From Methanobacteriota archaeon (GTDB lineage: Archaea; Thermoplasmatota; Thermoplasmata; SG8-5; JAGLSY01): a stretch of 64,000 bases of DNA. The translations under genes and the position numbers were made by a program. Where the stretch lies: positions 151,624-215,623 of the forward strand of contig JAEHCQ010000003.1 of NCBI GenBank assembly GCA_020696385.1, read 5' to 3'. Below the pieces are notes generated by a model. It made no database searches. It was given only the letters and a program-made list of their open reading frames with translations, and had not been told where the DNA came from. Shown here piece after piece: positions 40,401-48,984 of this stretch (positions within the stretch are counted from its first letter, which is position 1; each line of letters starts with the position of its first letter).

Positions 40401-40557
40401 ATCAGACATCAGTTTGGCTTCCTGGAAACTGGAAAAAGCCAGGAAAGCCATAGATGAAGAAAAGTATGACACGGCCTACCGCCTGTCGATCGAGGCAAAG
40501 AGATCGGTAGAGCCCGTTGAAAATGAAGGCGTGGATACAGATAATGGAGGAATTTAA
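37495..40557 (+). CDS. Secreted, membrane-anchored M14 zinc carboxypeptidase-C11 clostripain fusion
   Basis: Signal peptide; M14 motifs HHGNE, NPDG, RKN, DLNRN, FHSY, FTVEL; C11 motifs WTFMVYMAGDNSL, WDHGDG, DLC, EEP..GW.Y; C-terminal TM helix. Confidence 0.9.
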   Translation: MKSNYHAQIVIALLLLSSLGFVPVSGTYQSDIEVMDIGTRSVSYLSYHGYDATMSILNDMVRENPNIASLHDLGDTSQGRDIMAVKVSDDVGTDDDTEPDILYMGAHHGNEPISAEVPLYILDYLLSNYESNGTIRRWIDTTEIWFIPMVNPDGIEAGTRKNANGTGVDLNRNYDQNWGTEGTSNDPDSNVYCGEYPFSEPETKAIRELALDRQFTLSMSFHSYGEVIYYPWGNSIDTVSPQKDLLENIGSEIGERNGYMPTEANMDGTYITSGDSDDWLYSIGTLPFTVELSTVYAPPEHEIQDICEKNLESSLYLLDIANEPEASMEDDWTFMVYMAGDNSLSSEALKDLNEMEVGGSTQDVNIITLFDGATVGDSKIFQVTKDPNGYNAAITSQVIDDLGAVISPATNEVNMSSHLVLEDFIDWTMDNYPARNNALIIWDHGDGLFGGLARDGTYWMPTWDMRQTLIGHHFDIIGMDLCWHGNLETAYELVGLADIFIGSIAEEPSEGWDYSAISEFLATNPNSDAIVFASEIIDSYQESTIGIPWATLSAIDLYLLEEDVMPHLDALSIRLRDLMYNEQSSIRGARSLCSVFDVNRQHFVDLGEFLDNLLAADTSTALEEYAISSRIFLERAVINSCSGIAYPNIAGMGIYLPEQIYDNRYSTMFQFSNSNWVDFLPVFRAPLQTPVIEHDIEVDVMGSSGSIDFNVTVIDDNLDTDELFINYRLGSGSWEKEDLVGSGSSYYASISSLGVYEVEYYFSATDLTGNTITYPYGINLGNTEYLSYEMADRPALAINSIEHSPIDDTLPGDNFTIRIQIENQGNVYFGGVRVILYQMEGNGNMTFIDDHTQSMPAGEMANATFNWVAEAGNHTLLMELTYNGESLDNITIEAQIADSDSGQFITEEELEDELNSLWLGVIVMVAGATLVSMGALIMGKRNIKRKKKALAFKAVDNATYYVNSFADFGSDISLASWKLEKARKAIDEEKYDTAYRLSIEAKRSVEPVENEGVDTDNGGI

Positions 40558-40721
40558 TTGCCATATGGTTACATTGGTTCTATTTATGCCATACTTAATA
40601 CTACTGTTAATATTACTAATAACCTATATATACAATTAATGTTTACTATAAGTAATAACACACCAAACATAAATTCTCTAATTATAAATATAGATTTAGA
40701 GAAAATACCGATCGGGGTGAC

Positions 40722-43700
40722 TTGATGAGAAGGGGAACGAACAATAGTGTGAATTTCGCAGGAAAATGTATGAGCATCATCATCGTATGGTGCATGGTCT
40801 TGAGTGGCTTCATGGGCCTGTTCATGGTCAATGTGGGAACAGCCAGTCAGATCAATCCAAACACGATCAGCGTGGATCTGATTGTCGACTCAGGTGACTT
40901 TGTAATAGAGAGTTTCCCAGGCGACCCTTGGATCTATGATCTTGATGGTAATCTGACTATCAGTGGCGCAAACTCATTGATATTGAAGAACTCGACATTG
41001 AATATACTTCAATTAGGTGCGTACAGTCTGGATGTTTCAGTTGGTGGAACCATTGAAATGATCAATTCCACGATCACTACAGAAGACCTCCAGTATATCG
41101 ATGCCAGTTTTATTACAAATTCGAATTTGATAATGGATGACAACTCTGCCCTTCTTTTCCCAGGCAACTTATCCTTTGATGCATCATCTGTTGATATTAA
41201 GAATTCTCAGATAATTAGCCCAGCCATATATTTTGACACTTGTACAGATGTGAGTATTGCGGACTCTGAAATAGAGGTTCCAGCAAATGCAAATGGCTCA
41301 TTCAATCTGGACAATACAGAAATGTCAATTATCAACACAGATATAAATCTGGATTACACCACAGATAACAGTACCAATCACCAGATGAACCTAACAGCAG
41401 GTTCATTTGTATATGCCTACAATATGACTGTAGGAGACCTTACAGAATCGATTTTCATCTTTGATGACGCTGTCTCTGAAGTTTACTACTACAAATGGGC
41501 AGATTTCTCGGTTGTTGACTCGAACAATAACCCGATAGATGGAGCGGAAGTCAGCTATGATTTCCACCACACAGATGCAGCAGCCATCACTTATGTGGAC
41601 AGTATGAATGATCTGGCATTAGCTCCACATGCAAATGCAGATGCCAGGATGATCGATTATCTTAACAGTATGTCGCCAGACATAATCACCTCTGCAAACT
41701 ATGATGAGACCAACAGTGACGGAATGGCCATGATCCCTCTCTTCACTACCCTCCACTCACAGGCAGAGCAGGCAATAGATGTCGATGGTCATCACTATGG
41801 AGAATACGATGCAGATATCACATACATGGCAGCAACTGGCAGTACCTATGTTGACTTTTCACCTTACCCGAACATTGAATGGATGGACAATACAGTCGAA
41901 ACCCCACCAGTCCAGCTAACAGCCATCACACTAGTTAGGCCGGATCTCACACTCGCAACAAGTGATATCACCTTCACACCAGCAACCGGCATCATGATCG
42001 GTGACTCGGTCGAGATAAATGTCACAATAGAGAATGTGGAGATCACAAATGCATTGGATGTCTTTGTCCAAGTATTTGATTATGACGATGTCTCTGGAAT
42101 TCCAACCGAGATATACAATACGACCATACCTTCCATACCTGGAAACGGAGATGTTTACTTCCTGGTCGACTGGAACAATATACAGGTCGGTGGATGGCAT
42201 GACATCATGGTGGTCATAGATTACAATAATTCAATAATAGAAGAAGAAGAGCTCAATAATACAGCTATTGCTTCAATTTATATAACCCCAGACCTGCCAG
42301 AATTGTCTATCGAAACAGCTAATATCGGCTTCTCACAGGAGAACATCTCCTTTGATAATGAGATCACGATAAGCGCCAGGGTGCTCAATAATGGAACATT
42401 GAACTGGACCATCGTGATAGTATCCTTCTATGAAGATAACCCAGATATGAATGGGGACGGAATATTGGATATCGATGCTGGAGACAATTTCATAGCATCA
42501 AGCGTCATTGGAATAATAGAACCCAATATCCTGGTAGAGACTTCAGTACCATGGACACCATCGGTCGATGGCACATACACGGTATATGTCTGGGTTGATC
42601 CAAGCAACAATATCCCCGAATTCTATGAAGATAATAATCTGGCTTCCAGAGATGTCATCATAACACCAAAACCAAACCCAACAATAACAAACCTGGGATT
42701 CGATGATGAGACACCGATGACAGGACAAACAGTTGTAATATCACTGGACCTGATCAACACAGGTAATATAGACGCAACAGGAAATATCACAGTAGAATTC
42801 TTCGATTATGACCTGAATGGAGTCCTGATCGGACAGATCGGAACAGCACATATGAAAAGAGACCTGAACATGAGCGAGACCTTCCTGATCCAACAGAACT
42901 GGATACCCGTGAACATTAATTACCACACCATTGAGGTCATCATAACCTCGGATGCGGATGTTGATGAAGGCGATCTCACAGACAATGAATTCTACATTGA
43001 CATTCTGGTATATGATGGGGGTGTCTTCGATCTTATAGTCAATGACGCATTGCCACCATTATCAGCAGGTGACCTTGAGATAATAGGACATTATGGACAG
43101 GATGGATATGTTCTCGTTGAGGAAAATGGAATATTGACAATCGATGCATCCACTTTTGACATGAAACTGGAGAGGTCCTATCAATACAATATCATAGTCA
43201 AGGACAATGGAACATTGAACATTATGGATACAATATTCTGGACACAGAACAACTTCATGGACTTGCACATAATGGATAATGCAGTTGTCAATGTGGCAGG
43301 AACAAGCTTGCCAGATCAATTGAACATAATCGCAGGTGACTCTTCGCAGATCACATTCCACAATTCACAAGTTAGAGGTGTGTTCAGTGTACCGGATTCG
43401 GATGCAAATGTAAGTCTGGTGGTAGAGAACTGTACATTCAGTAAGCCAATAACACAATTCGGTGGAACATCTGTTGCTCATCTGACAGCTTTGACCATGG
43501 CCATACCATCCATCCAAGCACAAGACACAGCAGATATCAAGATATACAGGTGGTTGGAAGTTGAGGTCATCGATGTAAATGATTATCCAATACCCGGCGC
43601 AATGGTCGACCTGGATTATCAGGTAGGTAATGCACTTCAGCCAGGTCTTCACCAGACCAAGACAACAGGTGCAGATGGAAAAGTATTGTTCAGAACTCTC

Positions 43701-46523
43701 AGTGATATAATCAATCACACAATACACCAGAGCTCGGCATCTGTTAGCAGTTACAAGTTGACCTCTTCATTCCTGACATTCCAGAACCACATAAACATAA
43801 CTTTGCCATCATATCCCGACATGACAAGCGGCTCGAATTACATAGATAACCTTGTCATCAAAATGAGTGATGTCAGACCAGATCTTGACCCACCATTATG
43901 GGCATCTGCTACGACCATCGGAAAGGATGAGGCCGTGATGATATGGACAAATGTCTCGAACATGGGAGATGTGGATGCTCACGACGTCGTAGTCCGATTT
44001 GCAGATGAGACCAATAGTTACGTTCTTGAGGATGTACCTATTGCATTGCTTGAGGCAGGCACATACCAGTGGGTGTACATCAACTACACATGGCCTTTGA
44101 TATCAGATATCGGAGAGCACCTGGTGAACGTGACCGTGGATTGGAACAATAATATTATAGAACAGAATGAGACAAACAATTACAATTCCACCTTGATACA
44201 TGTTATTGGAAGACCAGACTTATCAATAACAGATGATAGTATTGTGATATACAATAACAATGATGACATGGTGATCAACTATCCAGTGAACATCGGCGTC
44301 ACAGTTGACAATACGGGAGACATCGACATCAGCAATGTAAGTGTTCGTATTTACGATTCTGAAACAAATGGAACTCTCATAGGAGAAACTAATATTGCCA
44401 CCGTACCATTTGATCAATCTAGTGCGGTCTTCATAGAATGGATCCCATCAGTTGTTGGGGATTATGATCTGTTCGTTGTCATTGATGAGAATAATACGAT
44501 CTTCGAAATTCATGAAGATAACAATACAGCAGGAATGAATGTCACAGTTGTGGATTATTCGGATCTGTATGTTTCACAGATAGTCTTCAAAGAACAAAAT
44601 GGAAATGAAGTAGATGAAGTTGATAACAGAACATACGTGGATGTATGTGCTCAGATAATCAATGCAGGTGAGACGCGTAATATAGGAACTGTTCAATTCA
44701 ATGATCATTACGGCAATGAATTCGCTTCCTTTGAACTGCCTTATATGAATCCAGGAGATATCATATGGGCCAATGAAACCTGGTTCGCATCAGAAGACCT
44801 GGAAGGCGACTCAATTATCAGGAACGTCGAGGTGTGGGTGACAACCTACTACACGATGATCGAGAATCCTGTAGGAGACAATAGCCTTGTAGAACCTATA
44901 ACCATCATTGATACACGCGCGGATCTTACCGCCACGGCAGATGATGTCAATGTAACAACAGAGAACATAATCGAAGCCAATAACTTCGGTGTCAATGTCA
45001 CTGTTTACAATGATGGGATCGATACAGCTATTAATTTCACTGTCGAGATATTCTATGATGAGATGGTCGATGGTAATCTCATCGGCAGCATGTTGGTCGA
45101 TAGCCTTGTAGGAAACGATATGACAAGTATGGACATAACCTGCTCCGGTATACCAACAGAAGGCGAGCATTACCTTCTCATATCCATTGACAGAGATGTG
45201 ATAATTGGTGATAACTTCACCGTGAACGGAATGGACTACAACATAACAGGTAATGTTGAAGAGTTCGACGAGATGAACAATGATCTTATCAATGTCACAG
45301 TAGATGTCGAAGCACCTGATTATCAGATCCTCCTCAACTCACCATCGGTTCTGCAGAACTATACATTGGGTGTGGAGAACAATACATTTGTAACAGGAAG
45401 GCTGACCAAGGTCATTGGCGGCCAGGGTGTAGCTGGAATAACAATAACGATTCAGCTTGACAGCAATACCGTGACAACAGTAACAGATGCAAGCGGTAAC
45501 TTCGCAGCACCAATTGACCTTCCAACATCAGTGGGACAGTACACGATAGTGGCAAGCGCGGAGAACTCAGTTGATACATCCGTCCTTATAAATCTGAATG
45601 AGGAAGGCGGCATAGATCCAGTCCTTATCATGATCATAGTTATCATTATCATAGCTGCGGTCATAATAGGTATAACACTTTACTTCAAATTCGTGGGTCT
45701 TGGTAAGACCGTGGAATGTGGAGAGTGTGGTGCTTTCATACCGGAATCAGCTGCAAAGTGTCCAAAGTGTAATACCGAGTTCGAATCAGACACAGCAAAG
45801 TGCAGTGTTTGTGGTGCATGGGTACCAATGAACAGCAAGGCATGCCCAGAATGTAACTCAGAGTTCACCATCGGAGACGAGGAGATCGATGATTACAAGG
45901 CCCAAATGCAGAAACAATATGATGAGGTCGTCAATGGCTTCAGAACAGAAGCCAAGAAAGAACTTGGTAGTACATTCTCAGAAGATGACTTCCAGGCCTG
46001 GTGGGCGACACAGGCAACCTTCATAACCTTCGACCAGTGGCTCAAGGAAGACGAGGAGATGAAACGCCTCGGATCCAAGCCCTGCCCGAACTGTACAACA
46101 CCGAACAGCATAACAGCAACCATCTGCCACAAGTGCGGAACTGTTATGGCCGAAGAGAAGAAGGTAGCTCCAGTTGCAGCTGCTCCAGTGGCTGTGAAGA
46201 AAGCAGCAACACAGGAAAAGGTAGCACCAACACCAGTTGCAGCAGCACCTGTTGAGGATGCACCTGCTCCCGAACCAGCAGCCGAAGAAAATCCAGCAGG
46301 AGATGAGAAAAAGAAATGCCCATCCTGTGGTATGGAACTTGGAGCACATGAAAAGGCCTGTCCAATATGCGCCTATGAATTCGACAAGGGTGAAGAGAAG
46401 CCCCCAGAAGGTGGCAGTCCACCAGCGGGCGGAGCTGCACCCACCAAGAAGGTCGTTAGAAAACCAGTCAAGAAGGTTGTAAGAAGACCAGTACAGAAGA
46501 CTGGTGGCGAAGGGCAGCAGTGA
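40722..46523 (+). CDS. Large cell-surface protein: beta-helix-like and CARDB repeats, TM helix, cytoplasmic zinc ribbons
   Basis: Signal peptide, repeated PDL...D..N.I.E..E.NN motifs, TM VLIMIIVIIIIAAVII, eight CxxC motifs and a basic tail. Confidence 0.85.
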   Translation: MMRRGTNNSVNFAGKCMSIIIVWCMVLSGFMGLFMVNVGTASQINPNTISVDLIVDSGDFVIESFPGDPWIYDLDGNLTISGANSLILKNSTLNILQLGAYSLDVSVGGTIEMINSTITTEDLQYIDASFITNSNLIMDDNSALLFPGNLSFDASSVDIKNSQIISPAIYFDTCTDVSIADSEIEVPANANGSFNLDNTEMSIINTDINLDYTTDNSTNHQMNLTAGSFVYAYNMTVGDLTESIFIFDDAVSEVYYYKWADFSVVDSNNNPIDGAEVSYDFHHTDAAAITYVDSMNDLALAPHANADARMIDYLNSMSPDIITSANYDETNSDGMAMIPLFTTLHSQAEQAIDVDGHHYGEYDADITYMAATGSTYVDFSPYPNIEWMDNTVETPPVQLTAITLVRPDLTLATSDITFTPATGIMIGDSVEINVTIENVEITNALDVFVQVFDYDDVSGIPTEIYNTTIPSIPGNGDVYFLVDWNNIQVGGWHDIMVVIDYNNSIIEEEELNNTAIASIYITPDLPELSIETANIGFSQENISFDNEITISARVLNNGTLNWTIVIVSFYEDNPDMNGDGILDIDAGDNFIASSVIGIIEPNILVETSVPWTPSVDGTYTVYVWVDPSNNIPEFYEDNNLASRDVIITPKPNPTITNLGFDDETPMTGQTVVISLDLINTGNIDATGNITVEFFDYDLNGVLIGQIGTAHMKRDLNMSETFLIQQNWIPVNINYHTIEVIITSDADVDEGDLTDNEFYIDILVYDGGVFDLIVNDALPPLSAGDLEIIGHYGQDGYVLVEENGILTIDASTFDMKLERSYQYNIIVKDNGTLNIMDTIFWTQNNFMDLHIMDNAVVNVAGTSLPDQLNIIAGDSSQITFHNSQVRGVFSVPDSDANVSLVVENCTFSKPITQFGGTSVAHLTALTMAIPSIQAQDTADIKIYRWLEVEVIDVNDYPIPGAMVDLDYQVGNALQPGLHQTKTTGADGKVLFRTLSDIINHTIHQSSASVSSYKLTSSFLTFQNHINITLPSYPDMTSGSNYIDNLVIKMSDVRPDLDPPLWASATTIGKDEAVMIWTNVSNMGDVDAHDVVVRFADETNSYVLEDVPIALLEAGTYQWVYINYTWPLISDIGEHLVNVTVDWNNNIIEQNETNNYNSTLIHVIGRPDLSITDDSIVIYNNNDDMVINYPVNIGVTVDNTGDIDISNVSVRIYDSETNGTLIGETNIATVPFDQSSAVFIEWIPSVVGDYDLFVVIDENNTIFEIHEDNNTAGMNVTVVDYSDLYVSQIVFKEQNGNEVDEVDNRTYVDVCAQIINAGETRNIGTVQFNDHYGNEFASFELPYMNPGDIIWANETWFASEDLEGDSIIRNVEVWVTTYYTMIENPVGDNSLVEPITIIDTRADLTATADDVNVTTENIIEANNFGVNVTVYNDGIDTAINFTVEIFYDEMVDGNLIGSMLVDSLVGNDMTSMDITCSGIPTEGEHYLLISIDRDVIIGDNFTVNGMDYNITGNVEEFDEMNNDLINVTVDVEAPDYQILLNSPSVLQNYTLGVENNTFVTGRLTKVIGGQGVAGITITIQLDSNTVTTVTDASGNFAAPIDLPTSVGQYTIVASAENSVDTSVLINLNEEGGIDPVLIMIIVIIIIAAVIIGITLYFKFVGLGKTVECGECGAFIPESAAKCPKCNTEFESDTAKCSVCGAWVPMNSKACPECNSEFTIGDEEIDDYKAQMQKQYDEVVNGFRTEAKKELGSTFSEDDFQAWWATQATFITFDQWLKEDEEMKRLGSKPCPNCTTPNSITATICHKCGTVMAEEKKVAPVAAAPVAVKKAATQEKVAPTPVAAAPVEDAPAPEPAAEENPAGDEKKKCPSCGMELGAHEKACPICAYEFDKGEEKPPEGGSPPAGGAAPTKKVVRKPVKKVVRRPVQKTGGEGQQ

Positions 46524-46530
46524 TCAAGAA

Positions 46531-46570
46531 TAAGGAGGGCTCTTACGAACCCTCCTTACTTTCCTTTATT
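46531..46570 (+). terminator. Hairpin plus T-rich tract
   Basis: TAAGGAGGG/CCCTCCTTA followed by CTTTCCTTTATT. Confidence 0.6.
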
Positions 46571-46603
46571 GGAACATGAAAATTATATTCACACGGTGAT
46601 ACC

Positions 46604-47011
46604 ATGTCAGAGAGAAAAATTAGAATATTGATCGCAAAACCAGGGCTGGATGGCCATGATAGAGGCGCCAAAATTGTGGCTCGGGCTTTGAGAGATGCTG
46701 GATTCGAGGTCATCTACACGGGCTTGCATCAAACACCGGAACAGATCGTGGAGACTGCCATACAGGAAGATGTGGATGCCATCGGGCTCAGTTGCTTATC
46801 AGGAGCGCACATGACCCTGTTTCCCAAAGTGACCAGATTATTGAAGGAAAGAGGTATAGATGATATACTGGTGACCGGAGGAGGAATTGTCCCCGAGGAA
46901 GATATTCCAAAGCTCAAAGAAGCAGGTATCGATCAGGTCTTTGGGCCGGGTACTCCTTTGCAGGATATCATAGATTATCACAAAGATAATTGCAACAGTA
47001 ACAGGAAGTAA
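46604..47011 (+). CDS. Methylmalonyl-CoA mutase family cobalamin-binding small subunit
   Basis: [27 protein letters not shown] and FGPGT motifs. Confidence 0.95.
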   Translation: MSERKIRILIAKPGLDGHDRGAKIVARALRDAGFEVIYTGLHQTPEQIVETAIQEDVDAIGLSCLSGAHMTLFPKVTRLLKERGIDDILVTGGGIVPEEDIPKLKEAGIDQVFGPGTPLQDIIDYHKDNCNSNRK

Positions 47012-47015
47012 TTCA

Positions 47016-47960
47016 ATGGACCTCGCAGAAAGAGTTCTGTCCGGTGATAAGAGGGGCGTTGCAAGACTTATAAGCCTCATCGAGTCAGAGGATGATGAGG
47101 CGTATGTTCAACTTGGAAAGTTACATTCTCACACAGGCAATGCTCATATAATCGGTATTACCGGGCCACCCGGTTCGGGAAAGAGCACCATTGTGGATAA
47201 ATTGGCCAAGGCCTACAGAGAGATAGGCAAGACAGTGGGAATTGTCGCTGTAGATCCAACAAGCCCTTTCACAGGAGGAGCGATCCTGGGAGATCGGATC
47301 AGGATGACCGACCTCACATTGGATCCTGGGGTATTCATAAGAAGCATGGGAACACGTGGACATCTTGGTGGGCTTTCAAGAGCCGCATCCGGGGCTGTCA
47401 GGGTGCTAGATGCCTTCGGAATGGATATCATCATTCTGGAAACAGTGGGAGCTGGTCAATCCGAAGTTGAAATTGTTAGTCATGCTCACACAACTATCAT
47501 AGTCGAAATGCCAGGTCTGGGGGATGAGATACAGACCATCAAGGCAGGCATCATGGAGATCGGAGATATCTTTATCATAAACAAGGCCGACAGGGAAGGA
47601 GCGGACAAAACATCGATGGAGATACAGGCGATGTTGGGTCTGAACCCGAACAAACCTGAATGGGTGCCGCCTATAATTCAAACGATCGCCAGAAAAGGAA
47701 AAGGCGTGGATGCGGTTGTCGAAAAAATAGAAGACCACTATAAATATCTGAAGGATAGTGGGATGTTCGAGAAGATGATCGAGCAGGGAATAAGAGAGGA
47801 ACTTGATATTCAGATAAAAAGTCAGCTCGGAAGAATTATAAAAAATAATATCGATGATAAAACTCTGGAAAAACTTGTAAAAGATATCATCGACAAAAAT
47901 ATCGACCCTTACTCTGCCGCGAAATTTGTACTAAAGGACATTGAAGATATATTGAATTAA
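47016..47960 (+). CDS. meaB: Mutase-associated GTPase MeaB
   Basis: GITGPPGSGKST, AVDPTSPFTGGAILGDRIRM, ETVGAGQSE and NKAD motifs. Confidence 0.95.
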   Translation: MDLAERVLSGDKRGVARLISLIESEDDEAYVQLGKLHSHTGNAHIIGITGPPGSGKSTIVDKLAKAYREIGKTVGIVAVDPTSPFTGGAILGDRIRMTDLTLDPGVFIRSMGTRGHLGGLSRAASGAVRVLDAFGMDIIILETVGAGQSEVEIVSHAHTTIIVEMPGLGDEIQTIKAGIMEIGDIFIINKADREGADKTSMEIQAMLGLNPNKPEWVPPIIQTIARKGKGVDAVVEKIEDHYKYLKDSGMFEKMIEQGIREELDIQIKSQLGRIIKNNIDDKTLEKLVKDIIDKNIDPYSAAKFVLKDIEDILN

Positions 47961-48011
47961 CTGAGCGGCCTTAGTTTTCTATAGTATACATTACAAATTC
48001 AAGATGTGAAA

Positions 48012-48054
48012 AATTATTTCTTATATTTTCACAGATCTTTATGAAGTTCTTGAA
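48012..48054 (-). repeat. Older, decayed displaced guaAA 3' tail
   Basis: Reads FKNFIKICE, then (after a 1-nt deletion in an A run) KYKK*, using alternative codons. Confidence 0.75.
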
Positions 48055-48064
48055 GGTTCATGTC

Positions 48065-48120
48065 AATTATTTCTTGTACTTAGCGCAGATCTTAATGAAG
48101 TTTTTAAAAATGTCTTCACC
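48065..48120 (-). repeat. Displaced guaAA 3' tail (matches 48330-48385)
   Basis: 50/56 identical; all six differences are synonymous third positions; encodes GEDIFKNFIKICAKYKK*. Confidence 0.95.
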
Positions 48121-48329
48121 ACCACTTTTTTCTTTAAACCTCGCTGTGCTGTATCGGGCTCCAAAGAAAAAAGACGGACAAATCGAATCAAGCCAGTCGG
48201 CTTGATCAAAATAAATGCGTAGGCTCCATAGGTAAAGTCGCATTTAAAAAAGAAACTCGCCCAAGCTCGATTTATCGAGATTGTGAAAGCTCAGCTTTGC
48301 TGAGATTCAGCCTGCTCGCTCGGCATGTT
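48121..48329 (-). mobile_element. Structured non-coding tail-associated element, copy E3 (longest form)
   Basis: Shares CCACTTTTTTCTTTAA, CCTCGCTGTGCTG, CTCCAAAGAAAAAAGACGGACAAA, AAGAAACTCG and CCTGCTCGCTCGG blocks with E2/E1; internal hairpins at 48187-48206 and 48213-48245. Mobility is inferred. Confidence 0.7.
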
Positions 48330-48331
48330 AA

Positions 48332-48904
48332 TTATTTCTTGTACTTAGCACAGATCTTAATGAAATTTTTGAATATATCCTCACCGTACTCTGTATGTTC
48401 AACTTCGGGATGGAACTGCACACCGTAAAATGGTTTTTCTTTGTGCGCGAAGGCTTGGTGCGCACAATCTTTTGAATGCGCGAAGTTCTTGAATGTGTCC
48501 GGCATGATCTTGACCTCATCATTGTGAGATTCCCAAACCTGGAAAGGTGATATCACACCCTCGAACAATTCATTTTCCTCTTCGATGATGACGGATGTCT
48601 TACCGAACTCGGGAACAGTCGCGGGTCCTGCGGTTCCACCGTAATATAGTGCCATGAACTGCGCGCCGACACAGATCCCCATGATAGGAAACTCTGCTTT
48701 GTCAAGGTAGTCCCCACTATTTCCCAGCATCAATGCTTCTTCACCAATTCTTGGAGCACCGCCGGATAGAATTAGACCATCTACATCCAGGTCCTCAAAT
48801 GGTGTAGTATTCGGGATTATCTCTGTTTCCACATCGAGGTATTTCAAAACTCGCCATTCTCTATGTGTCCACTGTCCGCCATTGTCTACAACGAAGATCT
48901 TCAT
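48332..48904 (-). CDS. guaAA: GMP synthase subunit A (glutamine amidotransferase)
   Basis: VVDNGGQWTHR, LSGG, GICVGAQ, SHNDEV and QFHPEV motifs. Confidence 0.96.
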   Translation of the reverse strand: MKIFVVDNGGQWTHREWRVLKYLDVETEIIPNTTPFEDLDVDGLILSGGAPRIGEEALMLGNSGDYLDKAEFPIMGICVGAQFMALYYGGTAGPATVPEFGKTSVIIEEENELFEGVISPFQVWESHNDEVKIMPDTFKNFAHSKDCAHQAFAHKEKPFYGVQFHPEVEHTEYGEDIFKNFIKICAKYKK

Positions 48905-48984
48905 TGACAGGGTGATAGAAAGAAAGGATAAAATGATTGTGGATTTATCCTAGCATTGTGCTTAATTGATTTGCAGAGGACGGA

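Noticed and set aside
48065-48385. Diversity-generating retroelement TR/VR pair
   Set aside because: Mismatches are not confined to adenines of one copy (for example GAC/GAT and TTT/TTC), are all synonymous, and no reverse transcriptase gene is present.
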